Source: Perkinsus chesapeaki ATCC PRA-425
Taxonomy: Eukaryota > Protista > Perkinsozoa
NCBI GenBank assembly: GCA_013115145.1
Contig: JAAPAO010000396.1
Span: 1-33,325 of the forward strand
Direction of reading: 5' to 3'
Length of the DNA: 33,325 bases
Both the position numbers and the translations under genes were made by a program. Positions 21,701 to 31,764 of this stretch are shown here, one piece after another (within the stretch, counting starts at the first letter, position 1; each line of letters starts with the position of its first letter). Under the pieces are notes generated by a model. It did no database searches, was not told the origin of the DNA, and worked only from the letters and a program-made list of their open reading frames with translations.

Positions 21701-23900
21701 CAGTAAAGTCCTTAATTCCTAACAATGCAAGAAGCCCATCACCACCGCAAGCAGCAGCAACAGCCTTACCGCAGCCGAGGAGACCATAGAAGCATTCTTA
21801 TTCTTCCTTGCTCCACCAGCAGAGGGGGATGTACCACTTGTCGGTGTCGAGCCAGCTGCAGCTGCTACTGCTGTTGCTCGATGCAAACATAACATCCCGA
21901 CCGAGTGCCATATCGCTGCCGCCAAGTCACCCTTCTCTCTCATATGGGGATTGCACTGGTAAAGGGCCCTAAGCAGCAGGAGCATTATTAACATCCAGGT
22001 AGTCGACAGGTCAGCAACGTTACCTTATGATGAGCTCTAACTGCTTGCCTGTGGCTTGCGTCCATCTATCACTTGTCATATCAAAATGGTCAACCACGTG
22101 TTGATGAAGTATTTGCTGTTGATGGGTTGACATTGCCGAATACCCCGACGACGAACCACCCACTCCGCCGCCACCGCCCCCGGATCGACCAAAAAGATCT
22201 TGCTGGGAGGCCTCCTGCTGCTGCTGCTGGCGTTGCCGAGCGCCCGACATGCCCGACATATCACCCCCGCCGCCTGATTGTTGTTGCATCATCATCGCCG
22301 CCGCTGCAGCCAGTGCAGAATTATTCTCTTCTCCACCATGCTTCATCCCACCGCCGCTCTCAGCTGACCATCAACAACAACTCTACGCCCCCAACACCAA
22401 CAACGAGCCTGCCTCCTACCCATGACACCTGAGGGTTGTTGTTGCATCTGCTGCGATAATGCTGCCAACAGAGATGGAGAGATGCCACCACTACCTCCAT
22501 AACCTAAAACAACAATAGCCTCCTCTTCTTTATCGATATCGCATTCCTCCTCCTACTGCTAAGTAACTGTTGCTGTTGTTGTAGTGTCGAGGGGGAAGAT
22601 GAGCCCCCACTACCACCACTGCCCCCTTGTTGCTGTAAGAGTTGTAGAGCCATGGCGAAGGTTAACTGTTGTTGGAGTTGTTGAATGCTCTAAACCAGAA
22701 AGTGGTTAATAACGCGTATCTTAATCTATCTCCTACATGATTGTTCTGATTTGTTGTCGATCCTCCTCCTCGATTAATCCCATCACATCCATACCCTCCT
22801 CCTCCCCCTCCAGATGATGATGATGCCCCCCCTCCCCCAGCAGCAGCGGCTGCCGCTGCCTCTCTTTGTTGTTGTAATAATAAACTTAACTGCATTTCAT
22901 CTTCATTTGTCGAAGTGTTGTTGTTTCCTCCACTGTTATCAAATGATGATGAGCTCATACCAGAATTAATGCCGGTTCTGGTATTATTGTTGTTGTTACC
23001 AGTAAGACCATCATGACCACTGGGGTTGCAAGAGTGGTGATGACCGCCGCCGCCGCCGCCATCATCGGCGTTGCCCAATAGACCAACCAGATTGGAGGCA
23101 TCCATCTGAAAATACATAACGATGTGCTCTTGCTGCCCTTCTTACCCCAGATTGCTCTTGTTGATTCTGTAATTGCTCCAGTAACAACAACTGTTGAAGC
23201 ACCATCTGTTGTTGATCTGCCGATTCTGTATTATTTCCACCCCCACCAGCACTTGTATTGCTGCTGCCCAGCATACCATACATATTACCATCCCCACCAG
23301 ACTGTTGACCCTCCCCTCGATTAGCTTCATCATTGCTACTACCATCATATCCCATCACCCCAAGAATGTCACCCATATCACCCCCACCACCCCCTGGTGG
23401 CCGGCCCCCTGTAGACAGCAACGATGCGCTCGTTGCATTGCCTTGCGCTGTTGGTGGCTCTATTAACGGATGCTGCAACGGCGAACCTTGCTGTTGTTGT
23501 TGTTGATGATGATGATGAGCTGCTGCTGCTGTTGATGATGATAAAGAGTGACGTGAAGAGTAAGGGTTGTATGAACCCTCCATGAACGGTGGTGAAACAA
23601 CAACTGATAACAATTGGTAATGCTTAGTAATAAAGAACACCACAAAATGCTCAAGCAGCAGTAGCGGAGACAAGTACATTGAGATAGATAAAGTTCAGGT
23701 AATAAATACATATACTATTCCAACAAGCCTTTACCACAACTCACGTGGAGGCAGGCGACAATCACAACAGGAAGAGAAAGACGTCGAAGCCCGGCGAGAG
23801 GAACTAGCGATAGCAGCAGCAACAGCAGAGAAGGAGAAAAGGAGGAGGAGGAGGAACTAAGAAATATAAACTACTACTACGACAGCTGCAGCAGCAGCAC
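18240..23900. repeat. Region rich in trinucleotide low-complexity runs (CAG/GCT/GGT/AAC/GAG) encoding poly-Gln, Ala, Gly, Asn, Ser and Glu
   Basis: Many short runs are directly visible, for example at 18280, 18820, 20580, 22220, 22800-22850, 23040 and 23510-23530. Confidence 0.9.
19552..23583 (-). CDS. Cyclin-fold protein (transcriptional cyclin T/K/L-like) followed by a PDZ-like domain, NLS and acidic tail; Gln/Gly-rich N-terminus
   Basis: Cyclin box: DLAAAIWHSVGMLCLHRA...EWQVAAAAVFSIAHII...ESELLGISRLQQSILVNVP. Second fold: ALRYALQGYNSRLCLFADSHLLALTSIALASTEFGINV...PWYQLV...LHVAVQLLLKYC. Same exon continues RLEFDTNQKLGVSILGDEVVEVDPGQQALCMGVRPGWKIVKVND (PDZ-like) and PNKRRKV. Start at MEGSYNP (23583) is a guess. 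Confidence 0.68.
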
Positions 23901-23958
23901 CGAAGATAGTGATATAAATTTATTAATCATTCTTATTATTAACATAATCGGTGCATCA

Positions 23959-24378
23959 TCAGTTGCCGATCTTCTTCACCGCAACAGTGGTGGTAGCAAT
24001 CTCCTTTGCTGCATCTTTCAACGATATATCATCCGACGGCAAATGTTCATCCAGAAACTTGGCCAGTCTTGAGCCGTGGGTTCGGAGGGCAGTATCGACA
24101 ATTGCTTTACGCCATCCAGACGAAGGACCATCCTCCTCGGTCAATCCGCTTTGGCTGCCGATGTCACCGGCTGTGATCATGAGGGATAGGATATCCGACC
24201 TATAGGGGAAAATTACCAAAGATTCCGGGAAATCGTGTTCTTCCAGATTTTCACGGGAAAAAACCAACAGGGATCTTCCGAAATGACACACTGCCGATGC
24301 CAATGAGGAATCTAAGACCACCCTCGCCCACCCATATTGCCGCGCCGATGACTCTATCGTAAGCTGTGACCATACCAT
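23959..24378 (-). CDS. Uncharacterised globular exon/ORF (weak resemblance to part of a MORC-type GHKL ATPase)
   Basis: 139-aa open frame with ordinary composition; RQYGWA...SAVCHFGRSLLVFSRE. Its links to neighbouring genes are unresolved. Confidence 0.45.
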   Translation of the reverse strand: MVWSQLTIESSARQYGWARVVLDSSLASAVCHFGRSLLVFSRENLEEHDFPESLVIFPYRSDILSLMITAGDIGSQSGLTEEDGPSSGWRKAIVDTALRTHGSRLAKFLDEHLPSDDISLKDAAKEIATTTVAVKKIGN

Positions 24379-24387
24379 AACGTGGTC

Positions 24388-26648
24388 TTACTCAGAGATC
24401 TTAACAGTAGTAGATTCTCCCATTGCCCTTAATTCAGTCATTCTGCCTTCCTCAGCCAAGTAGGCTCCAACACTTGACCTACCACAGGTTCAATCCCGGC
24501 ACCCTGCATTTTTCCCTCACCTTCTCCTCAAATTATTCCTATTGTTACTACTCCCTTGGTCTGCTGTTGCCTCCTCTCCAAGAGCAGCTGGTCGTTGCTC
24601 TCCCGATGAGGCTGTCCGAACGGTGCTCGAGTTGCTCTGAAGAGTAGTAGTGGAAACGCCCTTGTGTAATTCTTCACTGGAGCAGTAAGAGCTCTGAACA
24701 CACAGGTCTAGCGTGGTTTCCGAGTCACCACCACCTTATCTTACTTCAGTTGATGGTACAGTAGTACCAGTTGAGTAGTCGGCTCCGGTCTTCGAGGATT
24801 TGCCCTTCACGCCGGCTTTCAAGATTTTACAAAGTATCATACAGGCTTGACTGGCACGGCTTTTAGCAGACCAAACACGTTCGATGTTCTTCCATAATCG
24901 AGCAGGCATTAGAGGAACCTAGACAAGTATCTTAGGTCGAATGTGGTTAGATGCAAGATAGCTCAGCTTAGAGCCCTACACTCACCCTAGCAACCAAATC
25001 CTCCTGGAATAAGCCGAACATGAATGTCGTCATCACCGTGAACGGAACAGAATATGATCCACCGCCCCACGGAAGGACCTGCAGCAATCGATGCACCCAG
25101 GTTCGATCCCCGGACCCTCCTTACAGCCAAATTAGTCGCCAATTGCGCCAATATTCCACACAATACGCAACCAAATGTCATCCAGATAAAGCCCACCAGA
25201 CTCGGAGCGACGAACTGCCCTCCCATACCAGTGGCGTAAATGATAGGGTTGAAACCGATCTAAGTTGACATACTCAGCCAAATCAGTCTCAGACTACTCC
25301 TCGCACTCCCACTATTACCACACCTAGACCAATAATAGAGTTAAACGGCATTCCAAGTAGAACGCCAGTCACCACACCAATGAGGGACCCCCAAATGGTA
25401 AAGAAACATGAACTGGGAGATCCGATGAACGCACCGACCAGGAGGCAGAATCCGGACCCCATATTGAGACCTTTGTGGGGAGGGAAATAATATAGAAAAG
25501 ACTATAGCTTAGTAATTATTACTGAACATCATTTGCGAGATCCCTGTCATCCAACTACGGAAGAACCACTCCGCTGTTATTTGACCGTATTGGGGCGCTG
25601 AGGGCGGGTTGCCAGTGTAGATAGTTTCTGATGAAAAATGTATTTTCATTGACCTACCACGGCAGCCTTACGGAAGTTAGTTGTTAAAGTTGCACAAGCC
25701 ATCCAGGTCCACATCGAGATATTGTATCTGAGGGTGATAATGATGATGATTTGGCGGAAATATGGTATTATTATTACGGCCATGAACATCCTGGAATACC
25801 TGTCTTAGCTGTCCATTTAGAGTTAAGCCATTGAGTCACAACCGCACAGAAAACAGACATAAAACTCAATGGTAGAAATAGTCTACAACAGCTAATCATA
25901 ACCTCATCAACTGACAATACAACTTATAACCAAAATGTGGTAGGACTTACAGGTTCTAGCTTGGGAAGCTCGAAGGTCGAAGCAGGCCATGGCCATACCA
26001 AGAAGAGTGCCGTTAAGGCCATATATACCAGAACCGACAAGAGGCTTTAACTCAGGGGGGCCGAAGAGTAAAGGAAACCCAGTTGTATAGCAACCTGAAC
26101 AAGATGTGGTACTGTATTGGACCTCGTTACTATCCTGCACGGTTGAAGCTAAGATTCTTACACGCTATGAAGGCACATATACCCACACACCAGTTGCCTA
26201 CACAAGCACCGGCAAGTATACCGAGGCCAGTCCCTAAAAGATACAAAATGAGGTAGAATTATGACGGGTTGATCGATTATTACATATATTATCATTCCAA
26301 GTAAGCTGGGCCATTCCCCTTATAACAGAACTTATGAACCATACAAACTAATATTAATATATACCCTATCATCCCCCACTTATTTATTACCTCCTTCCAA
26401 AAGCCTTTCCATCCTCGACTATTCTCCTTATTCGGGATAGCAGGTTTAATAGTCTCAGCCTCACAAAAGAATATCGCCAACCATTTCGAGGAGTCCACTT
26501 TCTCAACCTACATTATTATTCTGACACCTCTAGCCATTCCGCCATGGCCTCGATCCATTACCCATCTCTCGGCCCAATTAGATTTGATTCGTATATCGAT
26601 TGTTGTGGTGGTTGAACCATCATCATATCCAGAAGTGGTGACCACCAT
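24388..26648 (-). CDS. Urea transporter (UT/SLC14-like family), multi-exon
   Basis: Spliced FWKE|FVWFISSVIRGMAQLTWNDNI|WTGLGILAGACVGNWCVG (UT RG.AQV..NN..SG..IL.G motif), LVGSGIYGLNGTLLGMAMACF, CVLCGILAQLATNLA|VLPWGGGSYSVPFTVMT...LVAR|VPLMP. C-terminus ends either at TAA 24736-24738 or, with splicing, at TAA 24388-24390. Confidence 0.9.
24484..24513 (+). repeat. tRNA 3'-end-like fragment inside intron 24479-24520 (antisense)
   Basis: ACAGG-TTCAATC-CCGGC-ACCCTGC-A-TTTTT; tRNA-Gly-like ...TGCA end. Near-identical to 14554-14582. Confidence 0.62.
25097..25121 (+). repeat. tRNA 3'-end-like fragment inside intron 25079-25124 (antisense)
   Basis: CCAGG-TTCGATC-CCCGG-ACCCTCC-T; 4 of 5 T-stem pairs. 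Resembles eukaryotic tRNA-Ala 3' ends (GGTTCGATCCCCGGCA.CTCCA). It abuts the splice donor. Confidence 0.65.
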
Positions 26649-27639
26649 TTCCTAGCAGTTGAATATAAACACAAACTGTGAAGAATGTAAACTATTTAGT
26701 ATCCAAATCAATCCTCGAACCGGAACCACAGCCGTCACTAAGCACATTGGATCCACTATGAGGATCAAGTAAGACAGGGCGCAAAAAGGCAGTCCATTGC
26801 AGCGATGGTGACATTCGGTAACAGCGCAAAATTAGACCAAGTACGCGCTGAAAATTTCGGGGCGCGAAATAAGCGTGTGCGTACGAGCGGTTTTACACGA
26901 GTAAAAACGCTCATATAAACCGCAGCGTCATGCTCGTCCGGCCCGCGTCCTAGCGCTACCACGCTCATGCTTCGTTATTGGGCTGTTGAAAGAGCATGAA
27001 TTGAACTGAGTGGTGTTTAGTTGCATTGCCGTGTATTATAAACCTCTTTTATACGAATGCACGCATGCGTTAGACTTACCTTGATTATAGAACAGTGATA
27101 CACCAATCGACACTAGTTAGTGGATTTCAAGAGGAATAGAAAACAAGCTGGTGCTGCCTATCACCCAGCTCGGATCTGCATAACTTGGGCAAGGTATTCC
27201 CAATCGCCTGTTCAAAAAATTTTATCGATGTACTTTCGCAACTGTAATCGCATCACCGAAGAGCCTCAGTTCACTGTGTGACAGATTCCGCACTTTGGTG
27301 GATACAAAACTCAACAGTAAAATATCTCCGGTGACAAACACCTTAGAAATGCTGAAGCTCTCGTAAAATAAAAACAACAAATGACGGTGACGACATTCCT
27401 CCTAAGGCATGCTTGACCTAAGCCTTCGGCAGCATTAATCTTGATGGTATATTATTACCAATGACTGCTCGAAAATAACGAACCTGATAATCACCTTGGA
27501 AATATGGCACGGTATGTACCTAGATGAATATGTAACAAGATTACAAAGACGAAGTGTCCTATAGGACTTCGGATGTGCCTCGTTTCTCCATTTCACGCTC
27601 AATAAAACGAGCCTGATATGAACACTGGACATATACCGT

Positions 27640-29658
27640 GCATCGAAGCTACCCTCTTTTGAACGGCATCCAGCAGATCCCTCACGGTACGCAATTCATC
27701 TGTATGGCTGTGGGGGTTCGTCACTATGCGAAAGAGCCTCGCATACCTGCAAGGAAGTATTGTTGAAGATGCTTCAAGCTTAGTGGGGCAGACGTGCTAT
27801 GAATGGCAGCATATTGCGCCGGTACGCTGCTGGCTTGCTTTATAGCGGACAGCCTCTGGTGCTCATCGACAAGATCACTGTGACCCGCCTGAAGAGGGGT
27901 TTGCTACAATGATTGAAATGTCTTGCTCTTACTTTATGAGTGTTACCGAGGAATTCGCTCAATAAAGCGACACCAGGAGGAGAGACTGACAACCTGAGCA
28001 GCACGGAGCGATAAGGTATATAATGTACTGTATACGATTTCAGTATAAGCGTTAAGATAATGACACAACAGGAATATGACATGAGCACTAAAAAAAACTG
28101 CAACGCCGAAACCCTTTGACTCGTAGTGTGGAACCAAGAGGGATCACTTCGAGCCTGTCCCCGCTCATACATGTCTGGATGTACGTACACTTTATTGCGA
28201 GCGATGCGACAGCCATGTGACTGATACGGAAGGCAACGTCTCACTCAGAACCCGCAATGGAGTTTGTTGTCCCTTGAAAATCCGTGACTTGCAGCTGAGC
28301 CAGACTACTGTCTCCGAACTGTTCAACATGACTGCAAAGGTGATGCACAACATAACTCGAACGACGACTGCTTTCGTCGACCTTAAATTTGTCTCATGAG
28401 CGACAATCTTCACTTGCTTTTCAATAGTCTCATTGATCTTTAACTTATAATGCAACTCCGAATCCTCCATCCAGTTGACTGAGAATAAATCTCCCAAACA
28501 AGTGCCGATTTCTCTGCCATCTACTATATCATGCTGAAACACAATAATGACAGTTACACCAGGAAGTATTATGTACGCTTTTATGGTCGGGGCTGAAGAG
28601 CCATGGGCAATACGTAGCCCAGATGTCCTCAGACGAGTTAGCTGCAGTCACAACATATCTGATTCAATAAATACTGAACACCCGGTAAGGCTGAGCAGTG
28701 TTCCAATGCGGAAGATCTTATCGAATAATTATCGTCGGGAACACCACAGTGGTGTTACATTCCAGGTATCTCATGCAACCCTTCGAACATGCCGCCTGAT
28801 TCGCAAGCTTCAACATATATAACCATTTCTGCGAACCTGAAAACAACGTCAATGATGTTCTGCCCGGAGGTAGTCCTCACTTTCCTCTGGATTTCATCCC
28901 CTTTAATATATCTCGCAACCGTTCCTTGTGAAGCTCGGCTTCGTTCGGGAATTCAATCCAAGTAGCTGAAGAGCTGAAGGTTAATCGCTCGACGCAGGAG
29001 CGAACATTCAACCTGTTCCATGAGAGATAAGGTTTATAAAAACTTTGTCATTCTGCTTGCTTTCGAGCACGGGATAACCTTCTGGGACGCCCGAGGAGTT
29101 CCCCAGCAGGACCTATTTGGCTGATAATCGCATCGAGCATATCGTTTGCGTACCGCTTCAAAGTGTTCAATGGTCACTTCAGAGCCTTTATAATCAACCT
29201 TGCAATGTTCACGGACGTCGTGACCAGGAAGATTGCCTGCTGAGGGATTCCGGTTCATAGGAGAGCTGTCGGGGGGCCTCACTGGTGGGCCTATTGAAGA
29301 GTTTCCCTGGGAACGGATTGAGTTTGCTGTCAGCAGCATCATCGGACCTAGTAGAAAATACAGTAAAGCAGAGGAATGGTTTTTTATACGAGAAGAGGAT
29401 TATGTTTTCGTCACTAATGCCGTTATTCCTCAGTATCTCTTGAGCATGGCAGATGTCAGCTTGATGTCGATAGTTATCCCAACCTTCAGACGCAACAATG
29501 AGAACCTAAATGGCGGGCTCATCAGACAAATCTGCCCTTCGGGGACCTACACCGTAGTGGTTCGTTGGTCTCGGCGTCCCAACTTCTTTACGGAAATTCT
29601 CTGGCCTTGAAAGTGATAGAGACGCTAAGGCAAGAATGGTGAGAAGTAGGACTGTCAT
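27640..29658 (-). CDS. Legumain / asparaginyl endopeptidase (peptidase C13), secreted precursor; 3' end uncertain (may extend to about 27250)
   Basis: Signal peptide MTVLLLTILALASLSLS; NHYG|VLIVASEGWDNYRHQADICHA; KVDYKGSEVTIEHFEAV; VLESKQNDKVFINLISHG (catalytic His); EMVIYVEACESGGMF (catalytic Cys); TCLGDLFSVNWMEDSE. Confidence 0.95.
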
Positions 29659-30329
29659 GGCGTAATCAAGTAGTTAGAGGAATTATGAGTGAATTTATCC
29701 GTCGCTGCCCCATAACGATGGGACTTACTCTCGAGGGTGCCCGGGGTGGTTTGTCAGGTAAGGCTAGCCTACCGAACGCACAAGCAGGAAACATGCGCAT
29801 GCGTGCCACCCAAACATTTGTGGTAGGACGTTCCTGTACTCCTAGGTATCCGTTTGTAGCTGTGTGCCTGTTATATTGAATGTCAATCGACTCTGTCCTA
29901 CCGACTGTATCAATCAACGTTTTGATCACGTCTCCGCCCACACTCCAGGGCTGTCACAAGTGGTCAAGCGCAACACCACGTCACGCGGCCCGCGTGACAT
30001 GCCTCTCGTAAGCGAGAGTTGCAGACATCGCACTCAGGGAGTCGCAGAATTTGCAATTCGTCGCCCTCATGAGATTTGCGAAATTTTAGACGTGAAATGC
30101 CATGCGGATTTTCAAACTGACTCACCGTTCTCCTTTACTTCACATGGCCCATTTCTCACTAATTTTGAGGGTGGGCTGACGAATCCTGATCGGTGATTGA
30201 AATCCTCAGCTAAGGTCACATCCTGGGTATGAGAACCTTGTTTTTCAGGGTTATGGTAAGCCGCTTTCCTGGAGCGTGACAAACTCGGAGTGCTCCGTGC
30301 TGACGTGAGATATTACTGACTAACGCAAG

Positions 30330-30799
30330 TGGAAGCCACTTGGGCAGAAGGAGCTCACTGGACTGTTTTATGCGACAGAAGGAAGTGATGTTTTCTGCGA
30401 TATGCCAGCCAATGATAAACTCAAAACTGGTGGAAATTGACAGAGCTCAAGAATATTCATGATGAATCGCGAACTTTTAAGGTACGAGCTTATGGCGCAG
30501 CATGGCTCCATACAGGTGGCATGAATAGTGATGCGCTATCGGTTCCTGCGTTGAGCTTCTTGGCAGTTCACCCTTCACCAAGCTTAATGGCGTGGAGTGT
30601 GCGGGATCATCTAATCGAACTTTGGATAGATGATCCAGCACATTACTTTCTCACAATCTCGCGAACTCCGAGTTTCAAAGATGCTCTGCTGCTTGTGGTT
30701 GAGCCCCTCAGCTCTAGCTCCACATCGATTCCCTGTACACTTGCGCACCTTTTACATTGTACGGTAGGAGTTCACGGAGTCGGTGGACAGCCCTTCTGA
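30330..30799 (+). CDS. Possible small spliced gene of unknown function
   Basis: Coding-like KWKPLGQKELTGLFYATEG|KLKNIHDESRTFK| with plausible GT-AG sites, plus ORF 30437-30799. Strand and model are not secure. Confidence 0.25.
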
Positions 30800-30999
30800 C
30801 AAACTCAACACTGTCGATGAATTGGTGTAAGATATGGAGTGATTGGTGATCAGGGATTGAATACCAGAAAAACCATCATCTAGAACATGACATCAGTGAT
30901 GCCACATAACTGGAATATAGCAGGGCAAGTGAGCTGAGTTCCCTGCTTCCAGTTTACCATAAACAGATGGCGTTCTCTCAATAGCGATAAAAAAGTCTA

Positions 31000-31764
31000 T
31001 CACTTGTGCAGAGTTATTTTCCTGTTCAATGGGTCATACGATAATGCTTTGCCTTCCATCCAGTATGCCTCCTTCGATAGAGGATTCTCCTCCTCGAAAG
31101 CACTCAGCAACTTGTCGAAATATCTACCACGGTTTTTGACCAAACGGATGGCAAAAGGGTAATCGACACCGTCAAACCCAAACTCGTAAGTACCCAGTGA
31201 CTTGCTACCTTGTTTGATGGTAACACTACGATCAACTGTAATATCACCATTTGCGGCCAGGCCAAAGACAAACTCGAAACCATCGGACTCGAAGTGTTGA
31301 TTGGTAAGTGACTCATAACAACCCCGATAGTTCAGAGTGGTTTCCTTGGCAGAACCATACTGAGGAAAGCTGACAAGGTCCGTGATAACACCACCATCGG
31401 ATTGAATTTTATATGCTCCATTGGTGCTCAGAAAGGCCTTCGGTAAACCCGTAATCTGGCAGAATCTTTCGAGTTCGTCAAGCGGAGTCATAGAAAGGAG
31501 TTGCTCTGAACGCCCGCTGGCGGACGATGAGGAGGTGAAGCGGGTAACAGCTGACACAACCGTTTTATCTGATGCCAGACCATAGAGAGTAACCGTCCCA
31601 GTACTGAAGTTGAGTGCAGGAAAGCTGACGTCTTGATTGAATTCAAGGACCAGTTTCTGACCATGAGGAGTAAGAAAGTCATCAACACAATAGAACCCTT
31701 GTGGACCATAAGGTACAGCACCAACAGATAGGATAATACCAGCAAAGATAAGAGTTTCCACCAT
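31000..31764 (-). CDS. Single-exon 254-aa secreted hypothetical protein
   Basis: ATG-initiated ORF with signal peptide MVETLIFAGIILSVGA followed by GFYC. Beta-rich composition; no recognisable catalytic motif. Confidence 0.75.
   Translation of the reverse strand: MVETLIFAGIILSVGAVPYGPQGFYCVDDFLTPHGQKLVLEFNQDVSFPALNFSTGTVTLYGLASDKTVVSAVTRFTSSSSASGRSEQLLSMTPLDELERFCQITGLPKAFLSTNGAYKIQSDGGVITDLVSFPQYGSAKETTLNYRGCYESLTNQHFESDGFEFVFGLAANGDITVDRSVTIKQGSKSLGTYEFGFDGVDYPFAIRLVKNRGRYFDKLLSAFEEENPLSKEAYWMEGKALSYDPLNRKITLHK

Noticed and set aside
18387-23466. Numerous long + strand ORFs (for example 18387-18662, 19691-20089, 22073-22432, 23194-23466)
   Set aside because: Antisense shadows of low-complexity minus-strand exons; no independent splice or domain support.
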